The notes under the pieces were generated by a model. The model was not told where the DNA came from and did no database searches. It saw nothing but the letters and a program-made list of their open reading frames with translations. 64,000 nt of DNA from an uncultured Candidatus Saccharibacteria bacterium (GTDB lineage Bacteria; Patescibacteriota; Saccharimonadia; Saccharimonadales; UBA4665). Position numbers and translations under genes: made by a program. How positions within the stretch are numbered: the stretch's first letter is position 1; the number at the start of each line of letters is the position of its first letter. Positions 37,752 through 46,804 of the stretch are shown piece after piece. Location of the stretch: assembly GCA_963707285.1 (NCBI GenBank), contig CAVPPA010000005.1, positions 66,180-130,179 on the forward strand. Direction: 5' to 3'.

Positions 37752-39002
37752 TTAAAACTTTTCTGCTCCACCCCATTCCACGACTGTGAAACCATTTCTA
37801 TGAAACACGGGGAATGATTGTGGGGGCATAGATATTGAGGATTGTAAAGGTTCAAATATCATGTTAACCCTCAATAATGAATCCGGCTTAGGAGTTATAT
37901 TTAGTGGAGCTGAAGACGTATAGTCACTTCCAGCGAAGTGAATTAAATTATATTTATCATTTACCATTTTTGGCACCCAATAAGCCAAAAAGTCATTTGT
38001 CTCTCTCAGATTTAATCCAATTATTGGAAGTTCTAAGGCCAAGAATTGCTTCGTGTCTTTACCCGCAACAACAAACCCGGTAGACATATTAATATTCAAG
38101 TTAGTCGGATTACCTTCCCAATATAAATATGGATAAATTTTATTGTCAGATTTATTTTTAAGCGTACCGTCGGGCTGAGCATAAACTTGCCAGCCCGTTG
38201 TTGAGTCATAGGATGGAACGGACTTACTAAATCCAGCTATATAATTCAATTTAACAGAGACATTTTCGGCATGCTGAGGGTATAGATTAATGACTGGTTT
38301 ACCCTCCGTAATTGGAGCATCTGAACCGCAAATCACGACATCCCCATTATTGTCGGTACAAGTAACCTTAACTTTATAATAAAGACTGACCTGGTCATAT
38401 GCAGTTGGACTGCTGCCATTAATAGGAACCCAAGACCCAGTTAATATAAAATCTGTTGCAGCACCCGAATTTGTCAACGAAGTAGAACAACCAGGAGGAG
38501 GAAGTAACGGATAGCATTCCTCAATAGCTAAGCCTAATTTATATGTGGGATTTGGGAAACATGTCGTATTAAAATTATTATTTAAAGAAGTATAATAATT
38601 GCTCGGTGAAACTGACGATCTCGCTTGAGGAGCTGCCAAACTATGATAACCGATGATGGTGCCGTTTGTTGATCCTAAACAAAATGGAGCGGTGACGCAT
38701 ATCGCTTTCCCATTGCTTTGGTTTGGACACGCTCCATGTTGTAAACCTCCTTGGCCGTTAGGTACAGTATTGAAAAACCCAGGAATATTAGCAGCCGCTC
38801 TTAAAAGTTCTACTTGACCTTGCAACTGCTGCAAAACTTCGCTATGTTCTTCTGAATCTCTCACAGAAGTTATGCTATGAGATGAAACGACAAATGCACC
38901 AGTTAAAACAGCAGCGATTACGGCGATTGCTATAATCACCTCGACGATAGTATCGCCAGACTGTAAATGTCCTCGCAACCTTTGATTAAGACGTATTTTC
39001 AT
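37752..39002 (-). CDS. atypical type IV pilin-like protein with large C-terminal globular region
   Basis: The N-terminus RGHLQSG|DTIVEVIIAIAVIAAV fits a class III signal (Gly at -1, Glu at +5, hydrophobic helix) but has Asp at +1. About 380 aa of Cys-containing ectodomain follow. Confidence 0.55.
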   Translation of the reverse strand: MKIRLNQRLRGHLQSGDTIVEVIIAIAVIAAVLTGAFVVSSHSITSVRDSEEHSEVLQQLQGQVELLRAAANIPGFFNTVPNGQGGLQHGACPNQSNGKAICVTAPFCLGSTNGTIIGYHSLAAPQARSSVSPSNYYTSLNNNFNTTCFPNPTYKLGLAIEECYPLLPPPGCSTSLTNSGAATDFILTGSWVPINGSSPTAYDQVSLYYKVKVTCTDNNGDVVICGSDAPITEGKPVINLYPQHAENVSVKLNYIAGFSKSVPSYDSTTGWQVYAQPDGTLKNKSDNKIYPYLYWEGNPTNLNINMSTGFVVAGKDTKQFLALELPIIGLNLRETNDFLAYWVPKMVNDKYNLIHFAGSDYTSSAPLNITPKPDSLLRVNMIFEPLQSSISMPPQSFPVFHRNGFTVVEWGGAEKF

Positions 39003-39092
39003 AATCTAATTATGCTTATAATAGTACATTTTTTTAAGTAAGATAAACAAAATATCATCTTGCTTGTGGTTTTTGGTATACTGATTCGTAAG

Positions 39093-39668
39093 ATGAGCGA
39101 ACATAAGCAGCCTAAACCCACCGAGGGTATTGTGACTAGTGATGCTTTAAAAGCGAAGAAACATCTACTAAAGAAAATTCTTCTTTTTGTGGGTTCGGGT
39201 TTAATCGTTGCCTTATTAATATTGTGTTTAGTTTTAATTATGAGTGGGATGCAAAAACCTAAAACAGCATCTAATACGAATACGACCAAAAATACCCCAT
39301 CATTAGTTAACGTTAAACAACAGCTTACTAATGCTCAAACTGCACTGAAAAATGCCACTTCTCCTCAAGCTAAAGCGACAGCCTATTACGACCTGGGCGG
39401 AGCTTATATGAATAATAATGAAATTAGTCTAGCTATTACCGCTTATAACAATTCTCTTAATGTACAAAACTCTGGTAATCCATATGAATACGGTTCGCTC
39501 ATTAATCTGGGATATGCCTATAATATGGCCGGACAGAAGGCCAACGCTATCAGTACATTTAATAAGCTTATTGGCTTATTGCAACAATCTAGTGATCCTG
39601 TGGCAAAGTCTAAAATACCAACCTATCAGAATATTGTAAATCAGCTTCAGGCGGGCGAGAGCATATGA
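39093..39668 (+). CDS. membrane-anchored TPR-repeat protein
   Basis: One TM (LLFVGSGLIVALLILCLVLIM) followed by TPR-like repeats (AYYDLGGAYMNNNEISLAITAYNNSL). Its stop overlaps the next start (ATGA). TGGTATACT lies 10 nt upstream of ATG 39093. Confidence 0.55.
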   Translation: MSEHKQPKPTEGIVTSDALKAKKHLLKKILLFVGSGLIVALLILCLVLIMSGMQKPKTASNTNTTKNTPSLVNVKQQLTNAQTALKNATSPQAKATAYYDLGGAYMNNNEISLAITAYNNSLNVQNSGNPYEYGSLINLGYAYNMAGQKANAISTFNKLIGLLQQSSDPVAKSKIPTYQNIVNQLQAGESI

Positions 39669-42136
39669 GTAAAAAAGTAATCCTAGGCTCTTTACTAGTA
39701 ATAGTTTTTAGCTTTACAGGTTTAGTTGCTCACCAGAGCCGGGTGTTTGCATGGGCGCAGACCGGTTATCCTTGCTCAGTAGGTGGAGACGGGCTTGCCG
39801 CTGGCTGTCAAGGATTTTATACCGGCGTAGATGCCCCCATTTATACATGTCCAAATTCTCCAGCACCACCTACTCGCCCTTGTTTTTCAAATGCGGGAGA
39901 TCTTTTACCTGCGGGACTCAATGTCAATAGCACTAGTGCTTTAATAGCAGCAGTTGACGCTGATTTAAGAGATTCGGGGAATGAACAGAACTATAGAGGT
40001 GCAGCTTTTATTATCGATAATATGATGGGAATTAAAGGACCAACTGCTGTTGGCTGGACAGATGCAATTAACGCCGAATCTGGTTGGGAACAAATAGTTA
40101 ACTACTTTAATGGTACTCACCCCGGGTACACCGTGAATTGGAATTATGAGGAGGATTGTGCAAACTCGTCTAGTCTTCCTAACAGCGGTTATTTTTCCAA
40201 CGATCACGACGATCGCTTCCATAATTTTATTTGTCAATATCAAGATGCCGGACTCGATGATGGACCTACGATCTTATTTCAATGGTCAGGCGGTGATTTT
40301 AGCATCGGAAAACTGTGCGGCAATGTGCAAGGTTATTTAGATAAGTTACCGTCGATACCACCTAGTCCAACTGGAAAAATAACCGTAACTTGCAATCCAA
40401 ATGCCAGCCAATTTACCGCAGCCGTCACTTTTGGAGATGCTAACGGTTATGCTACTACTGGATCAATATCTACAACTGGGCCTGGAGGTACCTATAATAC
40501 GGCAGTAACTTCGGGTAATAGTTATCCAATACCTACTAAGGATACAAGTCCAACGATATCCCAAATTGTCACTCTAACGGTAACTGATCAGGGTACAAAT
40601 ACTAATTACACAGCTCCAACGCCAGTGTCGCCGCCTTGTCAACCACCCCCTAAACCGACTGGTAAAATTACCATAACTTGCGATCAGAATACCAGTCAGT
40701 TTGTGGCTGCTGTTACCTTTGGAGATAGCAATGGTTATTCAACCACGGGTAAAATCTCCACTGGAAGTTGGCCTGGTGAAACGGTTGTATCAGGTAAAAG
40801 TTATCCGATACCCCAGTCTGCAACAAACCCGTATACCAAACAACCGGTAACGCTAACTGTTACCGATCAAGGTACTAACACAAATTACACTAATCAGACT
40901 AATGTACCCTGTGTAAATCTGGCCTGTGGAAGTCTTAGTGTTACACCCAGCACGCTGGACCCTTACACTACTTTTTCAGCCACAGTGACAGTGACTAACG
41001 ATGTTAACATGACACCGCCAGGTGCGACATTTAAAATTAATATCAGTCCTTCAGGAGGAACTTCTAGTGGTAGCCAACCAGATAAAGGAAGTGGTTCAAC
41101 CTCCACTGCAACCTTCAGTAATCTTGGACCAACCGGTGGCCCTCCCGGAGCTATTACAGCCACATGGACACTTACTGCTCCAGGCCTTACCATAACCTGT
41201 AAAGGGAACTTTCAAGTCGCTGATCAACCATATCTTAAAGTGTATGGCGGCGATGTAATGATAGGTGCTAGCCCTACCTACAGCTCGACTAATAATAGCT
41301 CTAGTTGCGCACCGAATCCTAACGGAGGTATATATTCATGGAATAGTGACTCGCCGAAATACTTCGGGGCAGGGACTGAGTATGCGGTACAAGCGTTGGG
41401 ACAGATTGAAGGTTTTGCCAGCGCCCAAAGTTCTACTAGCTCACCACCGACTGATTTATCGTTCGCCAATACTGGTGTAAATACAACTTCACCAATATAT
41501 GGTGGCTCATTTGGCGCGAGTACAGAAGATTGTGATTTTACGAGTGATCTTGTTGGACTAACCCCTCAACCGGGTAGTAATGTAAATCCACCGAATAATG
41601 TAAGCGGCGTCGTAACAATCTACGCGACAGGCGATGTATATATCAGTAATAATATTTTATATTGCATTGCGGCTGATACGACCGCTAAAAATACGTGTCC
41701 CACTGAAAAATGGGCGAATCCAAGTCAAATACCTTACTTTAAATTAGTAGTAGTCGGCGGCAATATATTTATTGATCATAATGTAACTGAATTAGATGGT
41801 CTTTATGTTGCCGAACCTAAAACTAGCAGTAGTGGTAGTGTAGGTGGAACAATCTATACCTGCGCCACAAAAACACCGCTAGCTTATAGTCCATTTACGA
41901 TTGGTAATTATTTCTCCACCTGTAGTAATCAGTTAAATATTTATGGTTCATTTATAGCTCAGCAAGTTCAATTCTTACGTACATTTGGATCAGTCGGGAA
42001 CGACAAAAACGATAAATTGAGTTCTAGTAATGCAGCTGAGGTATTCGATTATACCCCCGAGATGTGGTTGCCTCGAAGTAATACGGTTACAAACAACGGC
42101 TATTCAGCAATTACTTCCTTACCGCCAGTATTATAA
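39665..42136 (+). CDS. large secreted protein with tandem ~96-aa repeats (candidate surface or pilus-associated adhesin)
   Basis: 823 aa with a signal peptide (LLVIVFSFTGLVAHQSRVFAWA), a Cys-rich N-domain, two tandem repeats and T/S/G/N-rich beta-type sequence. No recognised family. Confidence 0.5.
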   Translation: MSKKVILGSLLVIVFSFTGLVAHQSRVFAWAQTGYPCSVGGDGLAAGCQGFYTGVDAPIYTCPNSPAPPTRPCFSNAGDLLPAGLNVNSTSALIAAVDADLRDSGNEQNYRGAAFIIDNMMGIKGPTAVGWTDAINAESGWEQIVNYFNGTHPGYTVNWNYEEDCANSSSLPNSGYFSNDHDDRFHNFICQYQDAGLDDGPTILFQWSGGDFSIGKLCGNVQGYLDKLPSIPPSPTGKITVTCNPNASQFTAAVTFGDANGYATTGSISTTGPGGTYNTAVTSGNSYPIPTKDTSPTISQIVTLTVTDQGTNTNYTAPTPVSPPCQPPPKPTGKITITCDQNTSQFVAAVTFGDSNGYSTTGKISTGSWPGETVVSGKSYPIPQSATNPYTKQPVTLTVTDQGTNTNYTNQTNVPCVNLACGSLSVTPSTLDPYTTFSATVTVTNDVNMTPPGATFKINISPSGGTSSGSQPDKGSGSTSTATFSNLGPTGGPPGAITATWTLTAPGLTITCKGNFQVADQPYLKVYGGDVMIGASPTYSSTNNSSSCAPNPNGGIYSWNSDSPKYFGAGTEYAVQALGQIEGFASAQSSTSSPPTDLSFANTGVNTTSPIYGGSFGASTEDCDFTSDLVGLTPQPGSNVNPPNNVSGVVTIYATGDVYISNNILYCIAADTTAKNTCPTEKWANPSQIPYFKLVVVGGNIFIDHNVTELDGLYVAEPKTSSSGSVGGTIYTCATKTPLAYSPFTIGNYFSTCSNQLNIYGSFIAQQVQFLRTFGSVGNDKNDKLSSSNAAEVFDYTPEMWLPRSNTVTNNGYSAITSLPPVL
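40367..40912 (+). repeat. in-frame tandem duplication (2 x ~288 nt) inside the 823-aa gene
   Basis: Unit 1 PTGKITVTCNPNASQFTAAVTFGDANGYATTG...VTLTVTDQGTNTNYT and unit 2 PTGKITITCDQNTSQFVAAVTFGDSNGYSTTG...VTLTVTDQGTNTNYT. The period is 96 aa. Confidence 0.85.
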
Positions 42137-42193
42137 TCTGTTCTATTACCGTTATGATACGGAGTCAAAATTGGTGTATTGACAAGAGGCTTA

Positions 42194-42202
42194 TGCTATA
42201 AT
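42194..42202 (+). promoter_or_regulatory. extended -10 promoter ahead of pilM
   Basis: TGCTATAAT lies about 120 nt upstream of the pilM ATG. The leader contains complementary segments. Confidence 0.45.
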
Positions 42203-42324
42203 TGCCCTAAACATAGTCCCGTTGCAGTTCTGGTGGGACATGAACAAGATAAGGCAACGCGTAAATTTTCTATGCAGACTACAAAATCAAAAATTATACT
42301 TAAATTATTCGGAGTGATCACCTC

Positions 42325-43365
42325 ATGAGCTTGCTGAGCGGTGTATCTGCATTTTTTGGTCTTGACATCGGTAGTTCAGCTCTTCGGGTTGTTGAATTGC
42401 ACGGCAATGGCCCCCAAAAGATACTTTACAAATATGCTTACATGCCGATTGACAGTAAGATATCTCTAAGTGATTCTCGAAATGACCAACAGCGATTAAG
42501 CCAGGCTATTGCACAACTTGTTAGTCAGGCGCACTTAAGCACAAAAAATGTAGCAGTCGGAATACCTTCAAGTCACGTCTTCACTACTATTGCTGATGTG
42601 GAAAGATTGCCTGCCCATGAACTCGATAAGTCAATACGTTATCAAGCCGACTCATTAATACCAACTCCCTTAAATGAATCCAAAATAGATTGGACGTTGT
42701 TGGGAGACTCGCCAGTAGACAAAACTAAAGTCGAGATTTTATTAACAAGCGTTCCAAATGAGTTTATTGAGCGACGTTTAGACATCGTAGAAGCTGCCGG
42801 AATAAATGTGATAGCATTTGAACCCGATAATTTAGCCCTAGCACGTGCGCTAACGAGCTCAGATGCAACTTTAGCTCATATGATTTTAGATATTGGTCAA
42901 AAAAGTACCGATTTAGTTATTATTTTCGGAGGCATGCCTCGGCTCACAAGGTCTATACCAACTGGCGTAGAAGCCATAATTCGATCAGCAGTTCAAAATC
43001 TGAATATTGACGAAAAACAAGCGGAACAATTTGTTATGAAGTTTGGTTTAAGTAAAGATAAGCTTGAAGGTCAAGTCTATGAAGCTATTATCGGTACGGT
43101 GGAATTATTAGTTACTGAAATAGATAAATCTATAAAATTTTTCCAGACCCGCTATACCGCCACAAAACTCGACCGTTTAATTGTAACTGGCGGCGGTTCC
43201 GTTTTGCCTGAATTTCCGTTGTTTTTAGCCAACAAGTTTAGTTTAAATGTGGAGATTGGGAATGCCTGGCGAAATGTGCAGTTCGCCCCAGATAGACAAA
43301 ACGAGTTATTATCTATTTCAAATCAATTTAGCGTAGCTGTCGGCTTGGCGGAGAGAATAGAATGA
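42325..43365 (+). CDS. pilM: type IV pilus assembly protein PilM
   Basis: Actin-like ATPase fold (FGLDIGSSALRVVEL) and first gene of a pilMNO arrangement. Confidence 0.85.
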   Translation: MSLLSGVSAFFGLDIGSSALRVVELHGNGPQKILYKYAYMPIDSKISLSDSRNDQQRLSQAIAQLVSQAHLSTKNVAVGIPSSHVFTTIADVERLPAHELDKSIRYQADSLIPTPLNESKIDWTLLGDSPVDKTKVEILLTSVPNEFIERRLDIVEAAGINVIAFEPDNLALARALTSSDATLAHMILDIGQKSTDLVIIFGGMPRLTRSIPTGVEAIIRSAVQNLNIDEKQAEQFVMKFGLSKDKLEGQVYEAIIGTVELLVTEIDKSIKFFQTRYTATKLDRLIVTGGGSVLPEFPLFLANKFSLNVEIGNAWRNVQFAPDRQNELLSISNQFSVAVGLAERIE

Positions 43366-44024
43366 TTCAGTTTAATTTACTGCCAGATATTAAGCAGGAA
43401 TTTATTAAAACTCAACGAATTAAACGTTTAGTTGTTGGTATTTCATTACTAATATGCGCGATTGTCTTATTCATTCTATTAGTACTTATTTTCTCAGTTT
43501 TTGTTATTCAAAAAAGTAATATCAATAATCTCAATAATAAAATTCAATCAGACAGTGTCAATCTTAAAGATAAGCCTAATTTGTCAACCATTTTAACCGT
43601 CCAAAGTCAGCTAAACTCTTTATCGACACTAGATAGCCAAAGTCCCGAGGCTTCCAGAGTATTTAATTATCTTTACCAAATAGTACCAACTCAAGCAACT
43701 ATATCTGATTTTAGGATTGACTTTGGTCAACACGTAATAACAATTACAGGCAATGCACCTAGTCTAGATGTCGTAAACACCTTCGTAGATAATTTAAAAT
43801 ATACATCTTACACAGTTAGTGGCGTATCTGGTACTCAAAACTCCTTTTCATCTGTTTTGCTGGCAAGTTTCGGTCGTGGTCCTACTTCAGCAACTTATTC
43901 GATAAATATGGACTTTAACCCAGTTATTTTCAACAATGCAGATTCGGTTAGTTTAAGCGTAGGTGGCAATCCTCCCCAAACTGCTTCACAACAACCATCA
44001 ATAATATTTAAGAAGGGTAGCTGA
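43362..44024 (+). CDS. pilN: type IV pilus assembly protein PilN-like
   Basis: N-terminal IQFNLLP motif, a single TM and position after pilM with an ATGA overlap. Confidence 0.7.
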   Translation: MIQFNLLPDIKQEFIKTQRIKRLVVGISLLICAIVLFILLVLIFSVFVIQKSNINNLNNKIQSDSVNLKDKPNLSTILTVQSQLNSLSTLDSQSPEASRVFNYLYQIVPTQATISDFRIDFGQHVITITGNAPSLDVVNTFVDNLKYTSYTVSGVSGTQNSFSSVLLASFGRGPTSATYSINMDFNPVIFNNADSVSLSVGGNPPQTASQQPSIIFKKGS

Positions 44025-44026
44025 TA

Positions 44027-44695
44027 ATGGCTGGTGTGAGCTCAGTTAAAAGAAGTCTAATAGATAAATCTAATTCTACGATTGTGGCTGTTACGTCCGG
44101 AGCATGTTTTGTTATTGTTTTTTGTTTAGTCGCATCGACTTCGTTAATAAGTCAATTCACGTACCAAAACCGTATAATTGCAGCAGATAATAACGCCCTC
44201 AATCAACTTAATAGTGATATAAACGCAACTCAAAACCTGGAAAATGCCTACAATGCTTTTGTTGGCACACCTATAAACATTATTGGCGGAAATCCTAGTG
44301 GTACAGGCATCCAAGATGGGTCGAACTCGAAGATTATCTTAGATGCTTTACCTAGCACTTATGATTACCCAGCGTTAGCAACGAGCCTAGAAAGCATCTT
44401 AACCAGCCAAGGAGTCCAGATACAAAGTATCACCGGTACTGATGAATCTACCGTACAGTCGAATCAGTCAAGTTCTAACCCGTCACCTCAGCCAATGCCA
44501 TTTCAAGTAATTGTTGAAGGTAACTATACGTCAGTCCAAAATGTTATTAACGCATTTGAAAGATCCGTCCGTCCCTTTCAAATCCAAACGATAGAACTAT
44601 CCGGAGATCAAAACCAACTTAATCTAAATCTTACAGCTCAAACTTACTGGCAACCCGCAAAAAGTTTAAACATTAGAACCGAGGTCGTGAAATGA
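44027..44695 (+). CDS. pilO: type IV pilus assembly protein PilO-like
   Basis: Bitopic protein of about 220 aa directly after pilN. Assigned by synteny and topology. Confidence 0.6.
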   Translation: MAGVSSVKRSLIDKSNSTIVAVTSGACFVIVFCLVASTSLISQFTYQNRIIAADNNALNQLNSDINATQNLENAYNAFVGTPINIIGGNPSGTGIQDGSNSKIILDALPSTYDYPALATSLESILTSQGVQIQSITGTDESTVQSNQSSSNPSPQPMPFQVIVEGNYTSVQNVINAFERSVRPFQIQTIELSGDQNQLNLNLTAQTYWQPAKSLNIRTEVVK

Positions 44696-44943
44696 AACAA
44701 AAAGATATTGCCTTAATAATATTAATTTCCGCCGTTAGTGCAGTTATTTCATTCACGGTCTCTCATTTATTATTTTCTACTCCTCAAAATAGACAACAAA
44801 AAGTTGCAGTTATAGACAAAATTACTACTCAATTTACTACACCAAACTCCCAATTTTTTAATAGTCAATCAATTGACCCCACCCAATTAATAGAAGTACA
44901 AAGTAGCAACAACTCCAATCCATTTAATGGATCGGGACAATAA
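44692..44943 (+). CDS. small bitopic membrane protein of the pilus operon
   Basis: 83 aa with one TM, overlapping the pilO stop. A possible PilP-like accessory component with no sequence support. Confidence 0.4.
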   Translation: MKQKDIALIILISAVSAVISFTVSHLLFSTPQNRQQKVAVIDKITTQFTTPNSQFFNSQSIDPTQLIEVQSSNNSNPFNGSGQ

Positions 44944-44965
44944 TAGTACATAAAGGACATAAATT

Positions 44966-46783
44966 GTGAGCGTATTGTCAACAACCACTCAGCAACAGGT
45001 TGAGGAGGATCTTGTTAAAGAGGGCACCCTAACAGACGTCCAGCTTAAAACTGTTAAAGAACAAGCAACTAAGGAGGGCGGCTCAGTCTTCGGTACTTTG
45101 GTGGGTAGTAAAATAATTAGTAATGAACAGTTAACAAAATCGATAGCTAAGGCTACGGGTGTGCCATATGTAAATCTGACGGACACTACGATCGATCAAA
45201 AAGTATTAGATTTATTACCAAAAGATGTAGCAGAACGATACATGGCGGTGCCTTTAGGTGAAATGCAGCATCGTTTGGTGGTAGCTATGTTGGATGCCGA
45301 TAACGTTCAGGCTGTCGATTTCCTAAGTAAAAGAATAGGCCGCCCTTTAAAAGTATATGTAGCAAGCGAAGAGGGAATACGCAATATTTTGCAACAATAC
45401 CAATCTCATATTACGGAGGCGGTGGCAGGTCAAATTGGTCAATTCGAAAAAGATGAGGAAAATGATCAACTAAAAAAACCCGGTAGCAAGGAAGACCATA
45501 GGTCCATAACCCAAAATGAAAAGAATATTGCTTCCCTAGTTCAAGATTCCCCCATAAGTAAAGCGTTATCGGCTATTTTAGAATATGCGGCGAGGAATAA
45601 TGCATCCGACGTACATATCGAGCCAATGGAGGATACATTAAAAATTCGTTGCCGAGTCGACGGAATCTTACGAGAAATAATGCAACTACCCAAAAGTTCA
45701 GAACCACCTCTTATTAGCCGAATAAAAATATTATCCAATTTGAAGATTGACGAACACCGAATTCCTCAAGATGGAGAATTTTCCATAAATGTAGCGAATA
45801 AGAATATAGACCTTCGTATTGCGATTTCACCCGTAGTTTGGGGAGAGCAGGTAGTCATTCGTTTACTTGACAAAACAACCACCAGTTTTAAGTTGGAAGA
45901 TTTAGGTTACACCGGTCATGCCTTGCAACTTATTAGACAAGGGCTAAAACAAAGTAACGGTATGATTTTAAATTCAGGACCTACTGGGTCCGGAAAATCG
46001 ACTAGTTTATACGCGCTGATCCAGGAAATAAAGACTGACGCCATAAATATTGTTACGCTTGAAGATCCCGTTGAATATAAAATGCCCGGAGTTAATCAGA
46101 TTCAAATCAACCCTGAAGTGGGCTTAACTTTTGCCACTGGTTTACGATCGATTTTGCGACAAGATCCAGATGTTATAATGATCGGAGAAATTCGTGATAG
46201 GGAAACAGCTGATTTGGCCGTTCAGTCTGCCCTTACGGGGCATCTAGTTTTTTCGACTCTACACACTAATTCTGCAGCCGGTATATTGCCTCGGCTACTT
46301 GATATGGGTGTGGAGCCGTTTTTAATAGCATCTACTGTCAAAGTGGTAATCGGCCAACGATTAGTCCGACGTATCGGTCCAGAGAAAGAAAGCTATCAAA
46401 GTTCACCGGCCGAAACCGAGTCTATCCACCAAACGTTGAAAGATTTATTACCAGCTGAAGAATCAGATAGAAAGAAAGTAAGTCTTGATCTTGGTTATGA
46501 TAACTTGCCACTTGCTACCGAAAGTGCTTATACTTTAACTAAGGGTAAAGATAGCCCTCGTACGCCTGGAGGGTATAGCGGCCGCCAAGGGGTTTATGAA
46601 GTATTTAGTGTGTCAGAAGAGATTCAAAATCTAATATTAAAACGATCTACGAGCAGTGAAATTCAGAAAGTCGCTCAATCACAAGGAATGATAACAATGC
46701 GCCAGGATGGTTATTTAAAAGCCTTAAAAGAACTCACTACACTTAATGAAGTGAACCGTGTCGCTGCGGCAGATATTACGTAG
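44966..46783 (+). CDS. pilB: type IV pilus assembly ATPase PilB (GspE family)
   Basis: N-terminal T2SSE_N-like domain, Walker A GPTGSGKST and Asp/His boxes. GTG start after AAAGGA. Confidence 0.9.
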   Translation: MSVLSTTTQQQVEEDLVKEGTLTDVQLKTVKEQATKEGGSVFGTLVGSKIISNEQLTKSIAKATGVPYVNLTDTTIDQKVLDLLPKDVAERYMAVPLGEMQHRLVVAMLDADNVQAVDFLSKRIGRPLKVYVASEEGIRNILQQYQSHITEAVAGQIGQFEKDEENDQLKKPGSKEDHRSITQNEKNIASLVQDSPISKALSAILEYAARNNASDVHIEPMEDTLKIRCRVDGILREIMQLPKSSEPPLISRIKILSNLKIDEHRIPQDGEFSINVANKNIDLRIAISPVVWGEQVVIRLLDKTTTSFKLEDLGYTGHALQLIRQGLKQSNGMILNSGPTGSGKSTSLYALIQEIKTDAINIVTLEDPVEYKMPGVNQIQINPEVGLTFATGLRSILRQDPDVIMIGEIRDRETADLAVQSALTGHLVFSTLHTNSAAGILPRLLDMGVEPFLIASTVKVVIGQRLVRRIGPEKESYQSSPAETESIHQTLKDLLPAEESDRKKVSLDLGYDNLPLATESAYTLTKGKDSPRTPGGYSGRQGVYEVFSVSEEIQNLILKRSTSSEIQKVAQSQGMITMRQDGYLKALKELTTLNEVNRVAAADIT

Positions 46784-46804
46784 TTAAAGAAGGGTGGAAA
46801 AAAT

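Noticed and set aside
42197-42324. Whether the pilM leader is a c-di-GMP or other known riboswitch.
   Set aside because: I could not recognise conserved cores of any known riboswitch class by eye, so only generic complementary segments are reported.
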